This document shows, in pieces, positions 32,123-43,392 of a stretch of DNA of 64,000 bases. Below the pieces are notes generated by a model, which was given only the letters and a program-made list of their open reading frames with translations, was not told where the DNA came from and made no database searches. The first letter of the stretch is position 1. Every line of letters begins with the position of its first letter. Location of the stretch: positions 160,001 to 224,000 of the forward strand of contig CAWDOD010000010.1 in the NCBI GenBank assembly GCA_963803805.1, read 5' to 3'. This stretch comes from an uncultured cyanobacterium. GTDB taxonomy: Bacteria; Cyanobacteriota; Cyanobacteriia; Cyanobacteriales; CAWCAG01. The position numbers were made by a program, and so were the translations under genes.

Positions 32123-32423
32123 TTACAATACGACTGAGACAATTGAAGCCCTAGCAGCGGAAATTGGCGAAAATATCTATATGGATATAGCTAAATGGCA
32201 TCTTTATTTGTCTAACGCGAAGCTACATACTGTGGTAGCAGAAAAAGTTTATCCCTTACTAGAAGGTAATTCTTTAACCCAGGATAAGGTAACAGCAATT
32301 TTGCAAGATATCCCTATCCAGTTGGGAGGTGGAAAAAAAGAACTCCCTTTAACTGAACTTTTGCCAAACCAATGTCAGAGTAATTTGATGGAATTGCTAC
32401 GAGAATATCAAAATAAGTTTTAG
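32115..32423 (+). CDS. DUF3181-like conserved cyanobacterial protein
   Basis: LAAEIGENIYMDIAKWHLYL...LGGGK..LPL pattern. Confidence 0.75.
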   Translation: MANYNTTETIEALAAEIGENIYMDIAKWHLYLSNAKLHTVVAEKVYPLLEGNSLTQDKVTAILQDIPIQLGGGKKELPLTELLPNQCQSNLMELLREYQNKF

Positions 32424-32444
32424 CTATTAGCTAATGGCTAGTTG

Positions 32445-33380
32445 CTAGTTGTTTGATAGAGATTGTTTAGCTAAATCAGTGTAAACAATCTCTAAAAACT
32501 TTGCTGGTGGGAGAAAACCATCTCCCCAAGTAGAATCTAGATCAGCAGTTGGTTCAGAAGCAATGAAATCTTCCAGGGAAATATTTTGGGCGATCGCAGA
32601 CCTAACTCGATCTCGTACTGTTTTTAACATATTAAGATAAGCAATCAACTCACCACGGTTAGAAAGAGGGCCGTGACCGGGAATAATACTAGTCTGATTA
32701 TCCACCATGGTAAGTAGCTGTTCCACCGCTAAAATCATGCCATCAATGGAACCACCATGTTCAACATCAATGAAAGGATAAAAGCCATTAAAATAAACAT
32801 CTCCGGTATGGATGATATTGGCTTCTTGAAAATGGATAATTGAGTCACCATTTGTATGGGCAGAGTTAACGTGGAAAGCCTCAATTGTTTCGCCATTGAG
32901 GTGAAAAGTCATCGTCTCATTAAAAGTAATTGCCGGTAGGGCAACTTCCGGTGAGGCAGGAACTTCCCGATTAAAAACTGCCATTACCTGGTCTGTACTA
33001 AGAAGTTCACGCACATTATCATGGGCAAAAATAAGAACCCCTGCCTTACCCAAATTTTCATTGCCTCCAGTATGATCGGAATGCCAATGAGTATTAATCA
33101 AGAAGCGTACTGGTTCAGGGCTAATTTCACCCACAGCATTAAGGATTTTCTCTGTTAAGGGTGCAAACTGATCATCAATGAGGAAAACTCCATCCTCCCC
33201 AGCAGAGACACCAATATTGCCACCTTCTCCTGTCAACATATAAATACCATCCCGAATCGGAATAGTTTCAATTTGAACTTGCTCAAAATCTTGATCTTGG
33301 GCTATTGCTGGTGTAGCACAACAAGCTAAGGCAATGCCAGCAAAATAGGAACAACAACGATATTGGGAACGAGTAAACAC
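32445..33380 (-). CDS. Secreted MBL-fold metallo-hydrolase (cyclase-like)
   Basis: Signal peptide; NTHWHSDHTGGN, AHTNGD, HTGD, PGHG. Confidence 0.88.
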   Translation of the reverse strand: MFTRSQYRCCSYFAGIALACCATPAIAQDQDFEQVQIETIPIRDGIYMLTGEGGNIGVSAGEDGVFLIDDQFAPLTEKILNAVGEISPEPVRFLINTHWHSDHTGGNENLGKAGVLIFAHDNVRELLSTDQVMAVFNREVPASPEVALPAITFNETMTFHLNGETIEAFHVNSAHTNGDSIIHFQEANIIHTGDVYFNGFYPFIDVEHGGSIDGMILAVEQLLTMVDNQTSIIPGHGPLSNRGELIAYLNMLKTVRDRVRSAIAQNISLEDFIASEPTADLDSTWGDGFLPPAKFLEIVYTDLAKQSLSNN

Positions 33381-33483
33381 AATCTATATGGGAAAACTTG
33401 AAGAGTGACTTTCTAACTATATAATCAATTGAGTTATTTATTGCCTAACTTGGCTAGCAAATCACCTGATAGTCTAATTCAGT

Positions 33484-34218
33484 ATGACCTATTGCTTAAG
33501 AATTGCTGACATTCCCAGCAGCGAACGCCCTCGCGAAAGGCTGGTTGCTTTAGGGGCAAAAAATCTCTCAACAGCAGAGTTAATAGCGATGTTGTTGAGA
33601 ACAGGACAGGGATCGGGAAAACTTTCTGCTGTGGGCTTAGGGCAGTATATTCTTCAGGAATTAAGCAAACATCAAAGAGATCCTTTAGAAGTTCTGCGTA
33701 ATGTTACCCTCCAAGAGTTGATGCAAATTCCTGGCATTGGTCCGGCTAAGGCAACTACCATCGTAGCTGCGGTAGAATTAGGGAAACGAGCTTTTCAATC
33801 TCAACCGAAAGAACGCACTATCGTCGACAGCCCCGAATGTGCTGCCGCAACTTTGAGCCATGAGTTAATGTGGCAAAGTCAAGAAAAGTTTGCTGTAATC
33901 CTTTTGGATGTCAATAATTGTTTGGTTGGGACTCAAATTATTACCATCGGCACAGCTACAGAAACCTTAGCCCCTCCCCGCGAAATTTTCCGAGAGGTAT
34001 TGCGTCAAGGAGCAACACGGTTAATTATTGCTCACAATCATCCTTCAGGAAATATCGAACCAAGCGAGGAAGATATTGGTTTAACAGAACAGCTTTTAAA
34101 AGGGGCGCAGTATTTAAATATTCCTTTGCTAGATCATTTAATTTTAGGCAACGGCGATCACCAAAGTTTGCGGCAAGTTACGGATTTGTGGGACAAGTAT
34201 CCCCAAGGAGAGAGTTAA
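33484..34218 (+). CDS. radC: RadC (JAB/MPN domain) protein
   Basis: ERPRERL, HhH GIGPAKA, AHNHPSG..EPS.ED, LLDHLIL. Confidence 0.95.
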   Translation: MTYCLRIADIPSSERPRERLVALGAKNLSTAELIAMLLRTGQGSGKLSAVGLGQYILQELSKHQRDPLEVLRNVTLQELMQIPGIGPAKATTIVAAVELGKRAFQSQPKERTIVDSPECAAATLSHELMWQSQEKFAVILLDVNNCLVGTQIITIGTATETLAPPREIFREVLRQGATRLIIAHNHPSGNIEPSEEDIGLTEQLLKGAQYLNIPLLDHLILGNGDHQSLRQVTDLWDKYPQGES

Positions 34219-34362
34219 ATCAGATATCTGAAATCTCATTTCAGGGACAAGGGGGAACTAGAGAGAATAGTTGCAGTCAAAAAAAGCAACTAAATGTTAG
34301 TATTTTTTACATTTAGGGTTCACTCCCGATTGGGAATATGAAATTGTGGGGAATTAAAAAAT

Positions 34363-36224
34363 TTGAGGCTGATTTACCAAATCCAAAATAGCTGGAAGTC
34401 TTTTGAACAACATCCTAAAAGTAGCTGGTGGTTCTCGTTTTTTTGGTTGTTATTAATTGGTTTTTTCGCTTTTATTTGGAACTTAGGTACTACAGGTTTG
34501 GTGGATGAGACAGAACCTCTTTTTGCTGAAGCGGCACGTCAGATGGCAGAAACCGGAGATTGGGTTACGCCTTATTTTAATGGGGAAACTCGCTTTGATA
34601 AGCCCCCTCTGGTTTATTGGTTAATGGCCATTGGTTACAAAGTAATTGGGGTTAATGAATGGGCAGTAAGATGGCCCTCTGCTTTCGCGGCGATCGCCCT
34701 AATGGCAATGGTGTTTTATACCCTGCGGCGTTATGGTTTTGCAACTCCTGGGACAGCGAAACAAGGAGAGGGTGTAAGTCGCCCTCAAAGGCAGTTATGG
34801 CTGTCTGCTTGGCTTGGTTCAGCTTTAGTTGCTTTGAATATTCAAACTTTGGTTTGGGCCCATACAGGGGTTTCTGACCTGCTTCTGAGTGGCTGTATGG
34901 GTTGTGCGATACTCTGTTTTTTTCTTGGCTATGCAAAATATCGAGGTGAAGGGGGTTGGTTTGCTTGGCCTCGTCCTTGGTATCTTGCTTTTTATATTCT
35001 CACTTCCCTAGCTGTTTTAACCAAAGGGCCTGTAGGTATCGTTATACCAGGAATAGTTATTATCCCTTTCCTGTTGTATGTCGGGGGACTTTGGCAAGTA
35101 GCCAAAGAAGCTGGGTTAGTTGTGGGTAGCATTCTCTTCCTGATTCTCAGTGTCCCTTGGTTTGTTTTAGTAAGTTTAAGAAACCCTGATTACCTAGATT
35201 CTTTTTTCGGCTACCATAACTTTGAGCGCTTCACCGGTGTAGTTAACCACCATGCCGCACCTTGGTACTTTTATTTCCTGGTGGTACTTGTTGGTTTTGC
35301 CCCCTACTCAGTTTATCTACCCCAAGCAATTTTTCGTTTAAAGTTTTGGCAACCTTCTTTTTGGCGTAAGCAACCTCGTTCAGCACAGTTAAGCTTGTTT
35401 GCCCTTTTTTGGTTTGCTGCTATTTTCCTGTTTTTCAGCGTCGCTGTCACCAAGCTTCCTAGTTATACCCTCCCTTTATTACCCGCCGCTGCTATTCTGG
35501 TTGCTTTGTTAGGAAGCGAAGAGTTAACCAAAGTTAAACAACTGACCAACAAAACGAAACCCAACCGAGGTTTATTAATCACCAATCTGGTTAATATTCT
35601 CTTTCTTTTCGTCTTAGCTGCTGCCCTCGCTTATGCCCCAACTTTATTGGTTATGACCCCGCCGCCCCCAACTTGGGGGAATTAGTAGCAGAATCTGGTT
35701 TACCCAAGGTTGGGGGTCTAATTTGGCTGATAGCAGCTTTGGTTGGGTGTGTATTTTGTTGGCGATTCCAGTTAAGATCCTGGCTAATGGGTATTAATCT
35801 ACTAGCTTTTTTCGCCTTCTTAATTTTCGTTATTCATCCTGCTTCTTTCCTTCTTGATCAAGCCCGGCAACTTCCTTTAAGGGAACTTTCTCAACTTGTT
35901 CCCCAAGTGGAAAAACCAGGAGAAGATTTTTACATGGTCGGTTTTAAAAAACCCAGCGTAGTTTTTTATTCCCAACGCCCGGTTAAGTATTTTACCCATA
36001 TAGAACATCTTTTACCTAAGCTGGTGACAGAAAATGGCTTGGGCTTTTTCAAAAATTATGCCCAACAAAATGACTCTCTATTAATCCTTAGTGAACCAAG
36101 TTCATGGGAAAACATCAATCTGCAACCCCAAGATTACCAAAAGCTTGATAGTCAAGGGTCTTATGATTTGATTCGGGTTTCTAAAGAAGTTCTGATCAGC
36201 AAAATAACTAACAACTCTAATTGA
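34363..36224 (+). CDS. GT39/ArnT-like glycosyltransferase, split by a frameshift near 35638
   Basis: LVDETEP, RFDKPPL, LTKGPVG, TKLPSY; restoring one C in gcccca gives YAPNFIGYDPAAPNLGE and joins the two ORFs. Confidence 0.88.
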
Positions 36225-36260
36225 CGGGCAAGAGATCAGGGTTGGTAGAGTTAGCAAGAC

Positions 36261-36308
36261 CATTAGCCCTTAGCAACTAGCAACTAGCAATTAGCAATTA
36301 ACAATTGA
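36261..36308 (+). repeat. Heptameric tandem repeat (CAAYTAG)n
   Basis: cattagcccttagcaactagcaactagcaattagcaattaacaattg. Confidence 0.7.
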
Positions 36309-36365
36309 CACCTCCAAAGCGGTATTAGCGTATGATCGGGATTAATAGATAAATGTTCGTTCCTC

Positions 36366-39258
36366 GTGACCCAATCTAGCAATAATACCCATTCATTCCC
36401 GGATCTTGCCAATCCTTGGCATACTCAGTCTGTTGAGAAAACCTTAGAAACATTCCAAAGCGATCCCGAAACTGGTTTAACCTCTCAACAAGTACAAGAA
36501 CGTAGGCAAAATTACGGTCTTAACGAAATTGAAGAAGGGCCAGGCCGTCCTGGCTGGGAAATATTTGTTGATCAGTTTAAAGATATTATGCTGATCATGT
36601 TGATTGCTGTGGCAATTATTTCCGGTGTCTTAGATTTAGTGGATTTACAAGGGGGAGGGGCGACGGCCGGAGAGTTCCCTTTCAAAGATACCATCGCCAT
36701 TATGGTAATTGTGATTCTTAACGGTGCTTTAGGTTATTTCCAAGAAAGTCGGGCGGAAAAAGCCTTAGCAGCCTTGAAAAATCTTTCTTCTCCTAAAGTA
36801 AGGGTGATTCGAGAAGGAGAACCCACCGAAATTGAAGGTTCCCAAGTTGTTCCTGGAGATATTATGTTGGTGGAGTCGGGAACTCAGTTAGCAGCAGATG
36901 GACAATTAGTTGAGGTTTCTAACCTCCAGGTAAGGGAGTCAGCTTTAACCGGAGAAGCCAAAGCTGTGAAAAAGTCTCCTGGGGAGGAGGGTTTAGAAGA
37001 AGATACTCCCCTTGGCGATCGCCGCAGTATGGTATTTACTGGTACAGAAGTTATCCAAGGCCGGGCTAAGGTAGTGGTTACAGCTACGGGCATGGCTACA
37101 GAATTGGGGAAAATTGCCCAAATGTTGCAAGGGGTGGAAAGTGAACCGACTCCCCTACAACAGAGGATGAATCAGTTAAGTAAGGCTTTGGTGACAGGTT
37201 CTCTCTCTTTGGTGGTTTTGGTTATTGCTGTTGGGGTAATTAGTACCGGCAACTTTAGTCGCCTACGAGAATTAGTGGAAGTTTCTTTAAGTATGGCGGT
37301 GGCAGTAGTTCCAGAAGGTTTACCTGCGGTGGTTACGGTAACATTAGCCTTGGGAACCCAGCGTATGGTACGTCGCCATGCCCTGATTCGTAAACTTCCG
37401 GCGGTGGAAACTTTGGGTTCGGTAAGTGCTATTTGTTCTGATAAAACCGGAACTTTAACCCAAAATAAAATGGTGGTGCAGGAAGTTGTGACCTTAGAAA
37501 ACAGCTTTAAGGTGACAGGGGAAGGTTATAACCCTACAGGAGATTTCTTAGCTGAAGAACAAACTGTGAAGAGTCAAGATTACCCTGAACTACAAACTTT
37601 ACTTCTGGCGGGAGTTCTTTGTAATGATGCTTTTTTACAGTACAAAGATGTTGAGGATGTTGAAGGGGAAAATCGCAATCCTCACCCGGAATGGATAATC
37701 TTGGGAGATCCTACCGAAGGTGCGTTACTTTCTTTAGCAGGGAAAGCTTCCTTAGAACAACAATCTTTAGGCCGTCAGTTAGTCAGGATGGGAGAATTTC
37801 CCTTTACTTCTAGCCGCAAGCGGATGAGTGTTATTTGTCAAGGTAAGGGGGAAGCAATTCAAGGGGCTATTAATACTACCGATTTGGTTCCGGCTAGCCC
37901 TTTCGTAATGTTTAGCAAAGGTTCACCAGAATTAATTTTAGAACGCTGCGAATCTTTTAAATCTGGTGATTCTCCTTCGGAGACGCTACGCGAACACTTC
38001 GTACCCTTACAAGAAGAACATCGGCAAAAAATTCTTAATGACAATGATAGGATCGGCCCAAAGGGGGTTGCGGGTTTTAGGTTTGGCTTATAAACCTGTG
38101 GAGGAAATTCCTTCGGCTGATGGGGAAGAGAGTGCTGAACAAGAACTAATTTGGCTAGGGTTAGTGGGAATGCTTGATGCCCCACGCCTAGAAGCGAAAG
38201 AAGCAGTACACCAGAGTAAGAAAGCCGGGATTAGAACCCTGATGATTACAGGAGATCATCAACTAACTGCTAGGGCGATCGCTTCCCAGTTAGATATTGC
38301 CACAGAGAAAGATAGAGTTCTCAGTGGACGGGAGTTGCAAAGGATGCCGCAATCGGAATTAGAACAGGAAGTTAACCAAGTTAGCGTTTATGCCCGTGTC
38401 TCCCCAGAACATAAGCTACGCATCGTTCAGGCCCTCCAGAAACAGGGTAAATTTGTTGCCATGACGGGGGACGGAGTTAATGATGCCCCGGCCCTTAAAC
38501 AGGCGGATATCGGTATTGCCATGGGTATTACCGGAACTGATGTTAGTAAAGAAGCTAGTGATATGGTTTTACTAGACGATAACTTTACTACCATCATTGC
38601 CGCAACAGAAGAAGGAAGGGTTGTTTATGCAAACATCCGCCGCTTCATTAAATACATTTTGGGCAGTAACATCGGCGAAGTGATTACTATTGCTGCTGCC
38701 CCCTTAATCGGTTTAGGAGAAGTTCCTCTCGTTCCTTTACAAATCCTCTGGATGAACCTGGTTACGGATGGTTTACCCGCTTTAGCCCTAGCGGTAGAAC
38801 CTGCTGAACCCAACGTTATGTCTCGCCCTCCTATTGATCCTAGCGAGAGTATTTTCGCCAGGGGCTTAGGTTCCTATATGATTCGTATCGGCATTATTTT
38901 TGGGTTAGTAACTATTGCCCTGATGTGGTTAGCTTTCAATTATTATCCCGATCATTGGAAAACCATGGTCTTTACAACCCTTTGTATTGCTCAAATGGGC
39001 CATGCGATCGCCGTGCGTTCCCATTCCCAGTTAACCATTGAATTGAATCCTTTTTCCAATCCCTATTTACTAGTGGCGGTGATCGGGACAACGATTTTAC
39101 AATTAATGTTAGTTTATGTCCCAAAATTGCAGAGCTTTTTTGGCACTGATTATTTAACCTTAGAAGAATTAGGGCTTTGTTTCGGTTTCAGCGCCATCAT
39201 TTTCGTTTGGGTAGAGTTAGAGAAGTTATTCATTCGCTGGTTCTTAACCAAAAAATAA
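36366..39258 (+). CDS. pacL: P-type cation (Ca2+, PacL/SERCA-like) ATPase, split by a frameshift near 38054
   Basis: [58 protein letters not shown]. Confidence 0.85.
37971..37994 (+). repeat. 24-nt SDR-like small dispersed repeat inserted in frame (encodes SPSETLRE)
   Basis: tctccttcggagacgctacgcgaa with a TCTCC/GGAGA hairpin; removing it leaves the palindrome GTGATCAC. Confidence 0.75.
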
Positions 39259-39299
39259 CTAAAGTTACTACAAAAAACTAATTAGATTAAGTCTAAAAA

Positions 39300-39336
39300 T
39301 TATTACTTATTACTTATTACTTATTACTTATTACTT
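39300..39336 (+). repeat. Heptameric tandem repeat (TTATTAC)5
   Basis: ttattacttattacttattacttattacttattactt. Confidence 0.85.
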
Positions 39337-39337
39337 T

Positions 39338-40114
39338 TTGAAAATGCCCCATGAACAACTAATTGAAGAGTGGCAAAAAATGGCGCGAGATTCAATTATG
39401 TTACTACGTCGTTTGTTAATCATCTCTCTACTTAAAACCATTGGCTACTGTATTCTTTCTTTGTTCTTGTTTAGCGTAGCAGCAGCGATTATTTTCCATG
39501 TCAGTCTTGAGAGCGCCGGAAGTTTTAGCTTTGCTACTTTTTTTAAGTTAGTTGCTTTGATGATTCTTTATTTAATCGCGGGGATTATTTGTGGGGTGAG
39601 CTTAGCTATTTTATCTGGTTATCAGAACTTAGTTAGTAAAATTTTGCGCCACTGCTTACAACCTTTATTTTCTTTAGTTATTGAGGCTGTTTTTGAGCAA
39701 AAAGAAAGTATGAATATTTACTTTTTCCAGCAAGGTCTTAATCAGTTAGTTGTGGAAATATCGAGGGTTTTAGAAGAAACTTTCACAACTATGGAAAGAA
39801 CTATCAAAACTCCCATAAAAATATTCACTATTTTCAAGAAGTTTGGTATTAGAGTATTTCATCTACAATCATCTTTATTAATTCACCTTAATCAACTAAT
39901 GCTGGATTTAACTATCAATAAACTATTAAAGAAATTGAAGAAAGAAGGGCGAACTGATGTCAACATTGTCGAAATTGGACAATTTATCACCGAACAACTA
40001 CCTTCTTTAATTGAAGAAACAGCCAGCAAAAAAACTAAATCCTATCGTCGCTTCGTTTACGTTATCGCCGGCTCATTTCTCTTTGTCCCTATAGCCATAA
40101 CAGCACTCAACTAA
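39338..40114 (+). CDS. Hypothetical membrane protein
   Basis: 258-aa ORF with two N-terminal and one C-terminal hydrophobic helices. Confidence 0.6.
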   Translation: MKMPHEQLIEEWQKMARDSIMLLRRLLIISLLKTIGYCILSLFLFSVAAAIIFHVSLESAGSFSFATFFKLVALMILYLIAGIICGVSLAILSGYQNLVSKILRHCLQPLFSLVIEAVFEQKESMNIYFFQQGLNQLVVEISRVLEETFTTMERTIKTPIKIFTIFKKFGIRVFHLQSSLLIHLNQLMLDLTINKLLKKLKKEGRTDVNIVEIGQFITEQLPSLIEETASKKTKSYRRFVYVIAGSFLFVPIAITALN

Positions 40115-40203
40115 GTAATAAATAATAAGTAATAAGTAACTTTCCCTATTTTACGACAAGGTTTACACGAACGCGAAACGCGAACCCTATTCCCTATTAT
40201 TTA

Positions 40204-41328
40204 ATGTTTCTTAAAAAGCTCCATCTACGTTCCTTTCGTAATTACCAAGATCAAGGCGTTAACTTCATAGCCAGGAAAACAATTTTGGTTGGTAATAATG
40301 CTCAAGGAAAATCTAATCTGTTAGAAGCAGTAGAATTATTAGCAACTTTAAAAAGTCATCGTACCTCTCGCGATCGCGACTTGGTTTTGGAGGGGGAAGA
40401 GGACGGTAGAATCAACGCTATTTTAGAACGAAAGTATGGTAGTTCAGAGCTAACTATCACTTTAAAGTATAAAGGTAGACGAACATTAGTTTTAAATCAA
40501 GAAAAATTACGCCGTCAAACCGAATTTCTGGGAATATTAAACGCCGTACAATTTTCTAGCTTAGACTTGGATTTAGTGAGAGGCAGTCCTGAAACTCGCC
40601 GTAGTTGGTTAGACTATCTCCTCATTCAACTAGAACCAATTTATGCTTATATTTTGCAACAGTATAATCAAGTTCTACGCCAAAGAAATGCTTTTTTAAG
40701 GAGACTTCGCGACTTAGAAGTAGATATTAATAATTATATTGACCAACTTGCTTTATGGGATGCTCAACTAGCTGCTACAGGTTCTAGGATAACCCGTCGC
40801 CGAGCTAGAGTTTTACAGCGAATTGCTCCTTTAGCTGCTGCTTGGCACGCTAGTATCAGTGGAGAAACAGAAGTTTTAGCTATTAATTATCATCCTAATA
40901 TTAATTGGCAAGAAGATAATCCTGAACACGTCCAACAAGCCTTTTTAGAAAAGATTCAACAACGTCGTATTCCAGAACAACAACAAGGTACAACTTTAGT
41001 TGGTCCCCATCGAGATGAAATAGAATTAACTATCAATAAAACCCCGGCTCGTTCCTATGGTTCCCAAGGGCAGCAACGTACTTTGGTTTTAGCCCTTAAA
41101 TTAGCAGAATTAAAGTTAATTGAAGAGGTGATTGGAGAGCCGCCCCTACTCCTTCTCGATGACGTTTTAGCTGAATTAGACCTCAATCGCCAAAACCAAC
41201 TCTTAGAAGCAATTCAAGACCGCTTTCAAACCTTAATTACTACAACTCACCTCAGTGCTTTTGATAAGCAATGGGTGAAAGATTCACAAATTTTAACTGT
41301 GGAAAAAGGGTTAATCATTGATCGTTAA
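40204..41328 (+). CDS. recF: DNA replication/repair protein RecF
   Basis: [36 protein letters not shown]. Confidence 0.97.
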   Translation: MFLKKLHLRSFRNYQDQGVNFIARKTILVGNNAQGKSNLLEAVELLATLKSHRTSRDRDLVLEGEEDGRINAILERKYGSSELTITLKYKGRRTLVLNQEKLRRQTEFLGILNAVQFSSLDLDLVRGSPETRRSWLDYLLIQLEPIYAYILQQYNQVLRQRNAFLRRLRDLEVDINNYIDQLALWDAQLAATGSRITRRRARVLQRIAPLAAAWHASISGETEVLAINYHPNINWQEDNPEHVQQAFLEKIQQRRIPEQQQGTTLVGPHRDEIELTINKTPARSYGSQGQQRTLVLALKLAELKLIEEVIGEPPLLLLDDVLAELDLNRQNQLLEAIQDRFQTLITTTHLSAFDKQWVKDSQILTVEKGLIIDR

Positions 41329-41573
41329 AACTTCAATTTTTTAGGCTAGACTCGAAAAGACTTTCTTTCGGTGGGACAACACTAATCTCATCTAACCTCA
41401 CTTTTGTCTTTGCTTTCAAGAAATATCCTTGATGAAACCTTGTAAAATCGTGCGAATGCAATCTTAAGTATGTGTCAAATCTTAATTTTTCATTTTGACT
41501 TGATGCGACTCCCTTACTGACAGGAAGACAAAGTGATGGAAAGAACAAGAGAGACAATTTACTTACTACGAAG

Positions 41574-42425
41574 ATGAAATACAACACATTATTAACAGTC
41601 GTTTTAGGATTAAGTTTGGGAACTTTAGTAAGCTGTACCCAAAAAACAGAACCAGAAGTTGTAGTTCCAAAAGAACAGCAAGAAATAAAAATCACTGGTG
41701 CTGGTTCTCCTTATCCAGCCTTAGAAGCTTTGGCTAAGGCTTATGAAGAGCAAGAAAATGGTGTTAAGATTAACTTCCTGCCACCGAGTCAAAGTCCAGG
41801 GGGTATTGATGGCACTAAAAATGGTTTAGTCGATTTAGGTTCAGTTACCAGGAAACCTAAACCAGAAGAAGATGATGGTTCCCTAGAATACCAAGAATTA
41901 GCCCAAGATGGTTTAGTTGTAGCAACTCATCCCAGTGTTGAAGGTGTTACGAACTTACAAACAGAGCAGCTTAAGGGTATTTATAGCGGAGAAATAACCA
42001 ATTGGCAAGAAGTTGGTGGCCCTGATGCACCTATTGTCTTACTAGATCGACCGGAAGATGAATCGGCGAAGAAACTTTTACGGGAATACTATTTAGGGGA
42101 AGACTTAAAAACTTCGACCGAGGCAATAATTCTGCGCCAGGAAGGGGATTTAATTGACACTATACAGAGTACTGAATATAGCATCGGTACATTTTCCCTC
42201 GCCTATGCTGTAGTTAATGACTTAGCCATTAATCGCCTTAGTCTTGATCAGGTTGAGCCTACTGCTGAAAATGTTCAAGCAGGGAAGTATCAAATGACGC
42301 GCAAACTCGGCATTGTTTTGAAAAAAGAGGGCATTTCCCCAGAAACTCGCCAATTTGTTGATTTTATGTTTAGTGAAGAAGGAGCTAAGGTACTACAGCA
42401 AGCTGGTTTTGTACCTTCGTTGTAA
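41574..42425 (+). CDS. PstS-like periplasmic binding lipoprotein, paralogue 1
   Basis: Lipobox LVSC; AQDGLVVATHP, IYSGEITNWQEVGGPD, DRPE.ESA. Confidence 0.85.
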   Translation: MKYNTLLTVVLGLSLGTLVSCTQKTEPEVVVPKEQQEIKITGAGSPYPALEALAKAYEEQENGVKINFLPPSQSPGGIDGTKNGLVDLGSVTRKPKPEEDDGSLEYQELAQDGLVVATHPSVEGVTNLQTEQLKGIYSGEITNWQEVGGPDAPIVLLDRPEDESAKKLLREYYLGEDLKTSTEAIILRQEGDLIDTIQSTEYSIGTFSLAYAVVNDLAINRLSLDQVEPTAENVQAGKYQMTRKLGIVLKKEGISPETRQFVDFMFSEEGAKVLQQAGFVPSL

Positions 42426-42522
42426 TTTAAAGCTCTTGTTTTTCAAGCTAGACTCGAAAAAACTCTCTTTCCGGGGGCAGTACCAATTTTTGAGCTTAAT
42501 TCACCTGTGAGAAAATAGTCTG

Positions 42523-43380
42523 ATGAACAGTAATGCACTATTAATAATATTTTTAGGATTAAGTTTTGGGATTTTGCCAAGCTGTACCTCAGAAAAAGAA
42601 CCATCAGTAACAGCATTTCAAGAACAGCAAGAAATTAAAATTGCTGGTGATGGTATTATTTATATCCCTTTGCAGGCTTTAGCTGAGGCTTATAAAAATC
42701 AAGCAGACAATGTTGAGATCAGCTTTTTGCCACCAAATCGAAGTCTAGAGGGAATTGCTGGTGTTAAAAATGCCATAGTAGATTTAGGTGCAGTTACCAG
42801 GAAACTGACACCAGAAGAGAATGATGATTCTTTAGAGTATCGGGAATTAGCTCAAGATGCTTTAGTAGTGGCAACCCATCCCAGTGTTGAAGGTGTCACT
42901 AACTTACAAACAGAGCAACTTAAAGCCATTTATGGCGGTAAAATAACTAATTGGCAAGAAGTTGGTGGTCCTAATGCACCTATTATCTTACTAGATCGAC
43001 CTGAAGGTGAATCGGGGAAAAAGCTATTACGGGAATACTATTTAGGTGAAGAACTAAAAAAATCTTCAGAAGCAGTAATCCTAACCAAAGAAAGCGATTT
43101 AATTGAAACCCTACAGAGTACTGAATATAGTATTGGTGCATTTTCTCTTGCCTATGCTGTAGTTAATGACTTAGCCATTAATCGCCTTAGTCTCGATGGG
43201 GTAAAACCTACAATAGCGAATGTTCAAGCAGGGAAGTATAAGATGACGCGCAAACTCGGTATTGTTTATCCCAAAAAAGGTGCTTCCGAAGCAACTTACC
43301 AATTTATTAATTTTGCGTTTAGTGAAGCAGGGGCAGCAGAATTATTGCAAGCTGGTTTTGTGCCATCTCGCCAAAAATAG
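42523..43380 (+). CDS. PstS-like periplasmic binding lipoprotein, paralogue 2
   Basis: Lipobox LPSC; long stretches identical to paralogue 1. Confidence 0.85.
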   Translation: MNSNALLIIFLGLSFGILPSCTSEKEPSVTAFQEQQEIKIAGDGIIYIPLQALAEAYKNQADNVEISFLPPNRSLEGIAGVKNAIVDLGAVTRKLTPEENDDSLEYRELAQDALVVATHPSVEGVTNLQTEQLKAIYGGKITNWQEVGGPNAPIILLDRPEGESGKKLLREYYLGEELKKSSEAVILTKESDLIETLQSTEYSIGAFSLAYAVVNDLAINRLSLDGVKPTIANVQAGKYKMTRKLGIVYPKKGASEATYQFINFAFSEAGAAELLQAGFVPSRQK

Positions 43381-43392
43381 GACAAAAAAGAA

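Noticed and set aside
32445-33380. MBL-fold protein as a metallo-beta-lactamase resistance gene
   Set aside because: HxHxDH is shared across the superfamily; the overall pattern fits cyclase-like hydrolases.
33484-34218. radC as a marker of a mobile element or anti-defence locus
   Set aside because: It is the full-length chromosomal form among housekeeping genes, with no integrase or conjugation genes nearby.
41380-41573. Pho box upstream of the PstS-like genes
   Set aside because: CTTAA-like words are present but not at the 11-nt periodicity expected for SphR boxes.
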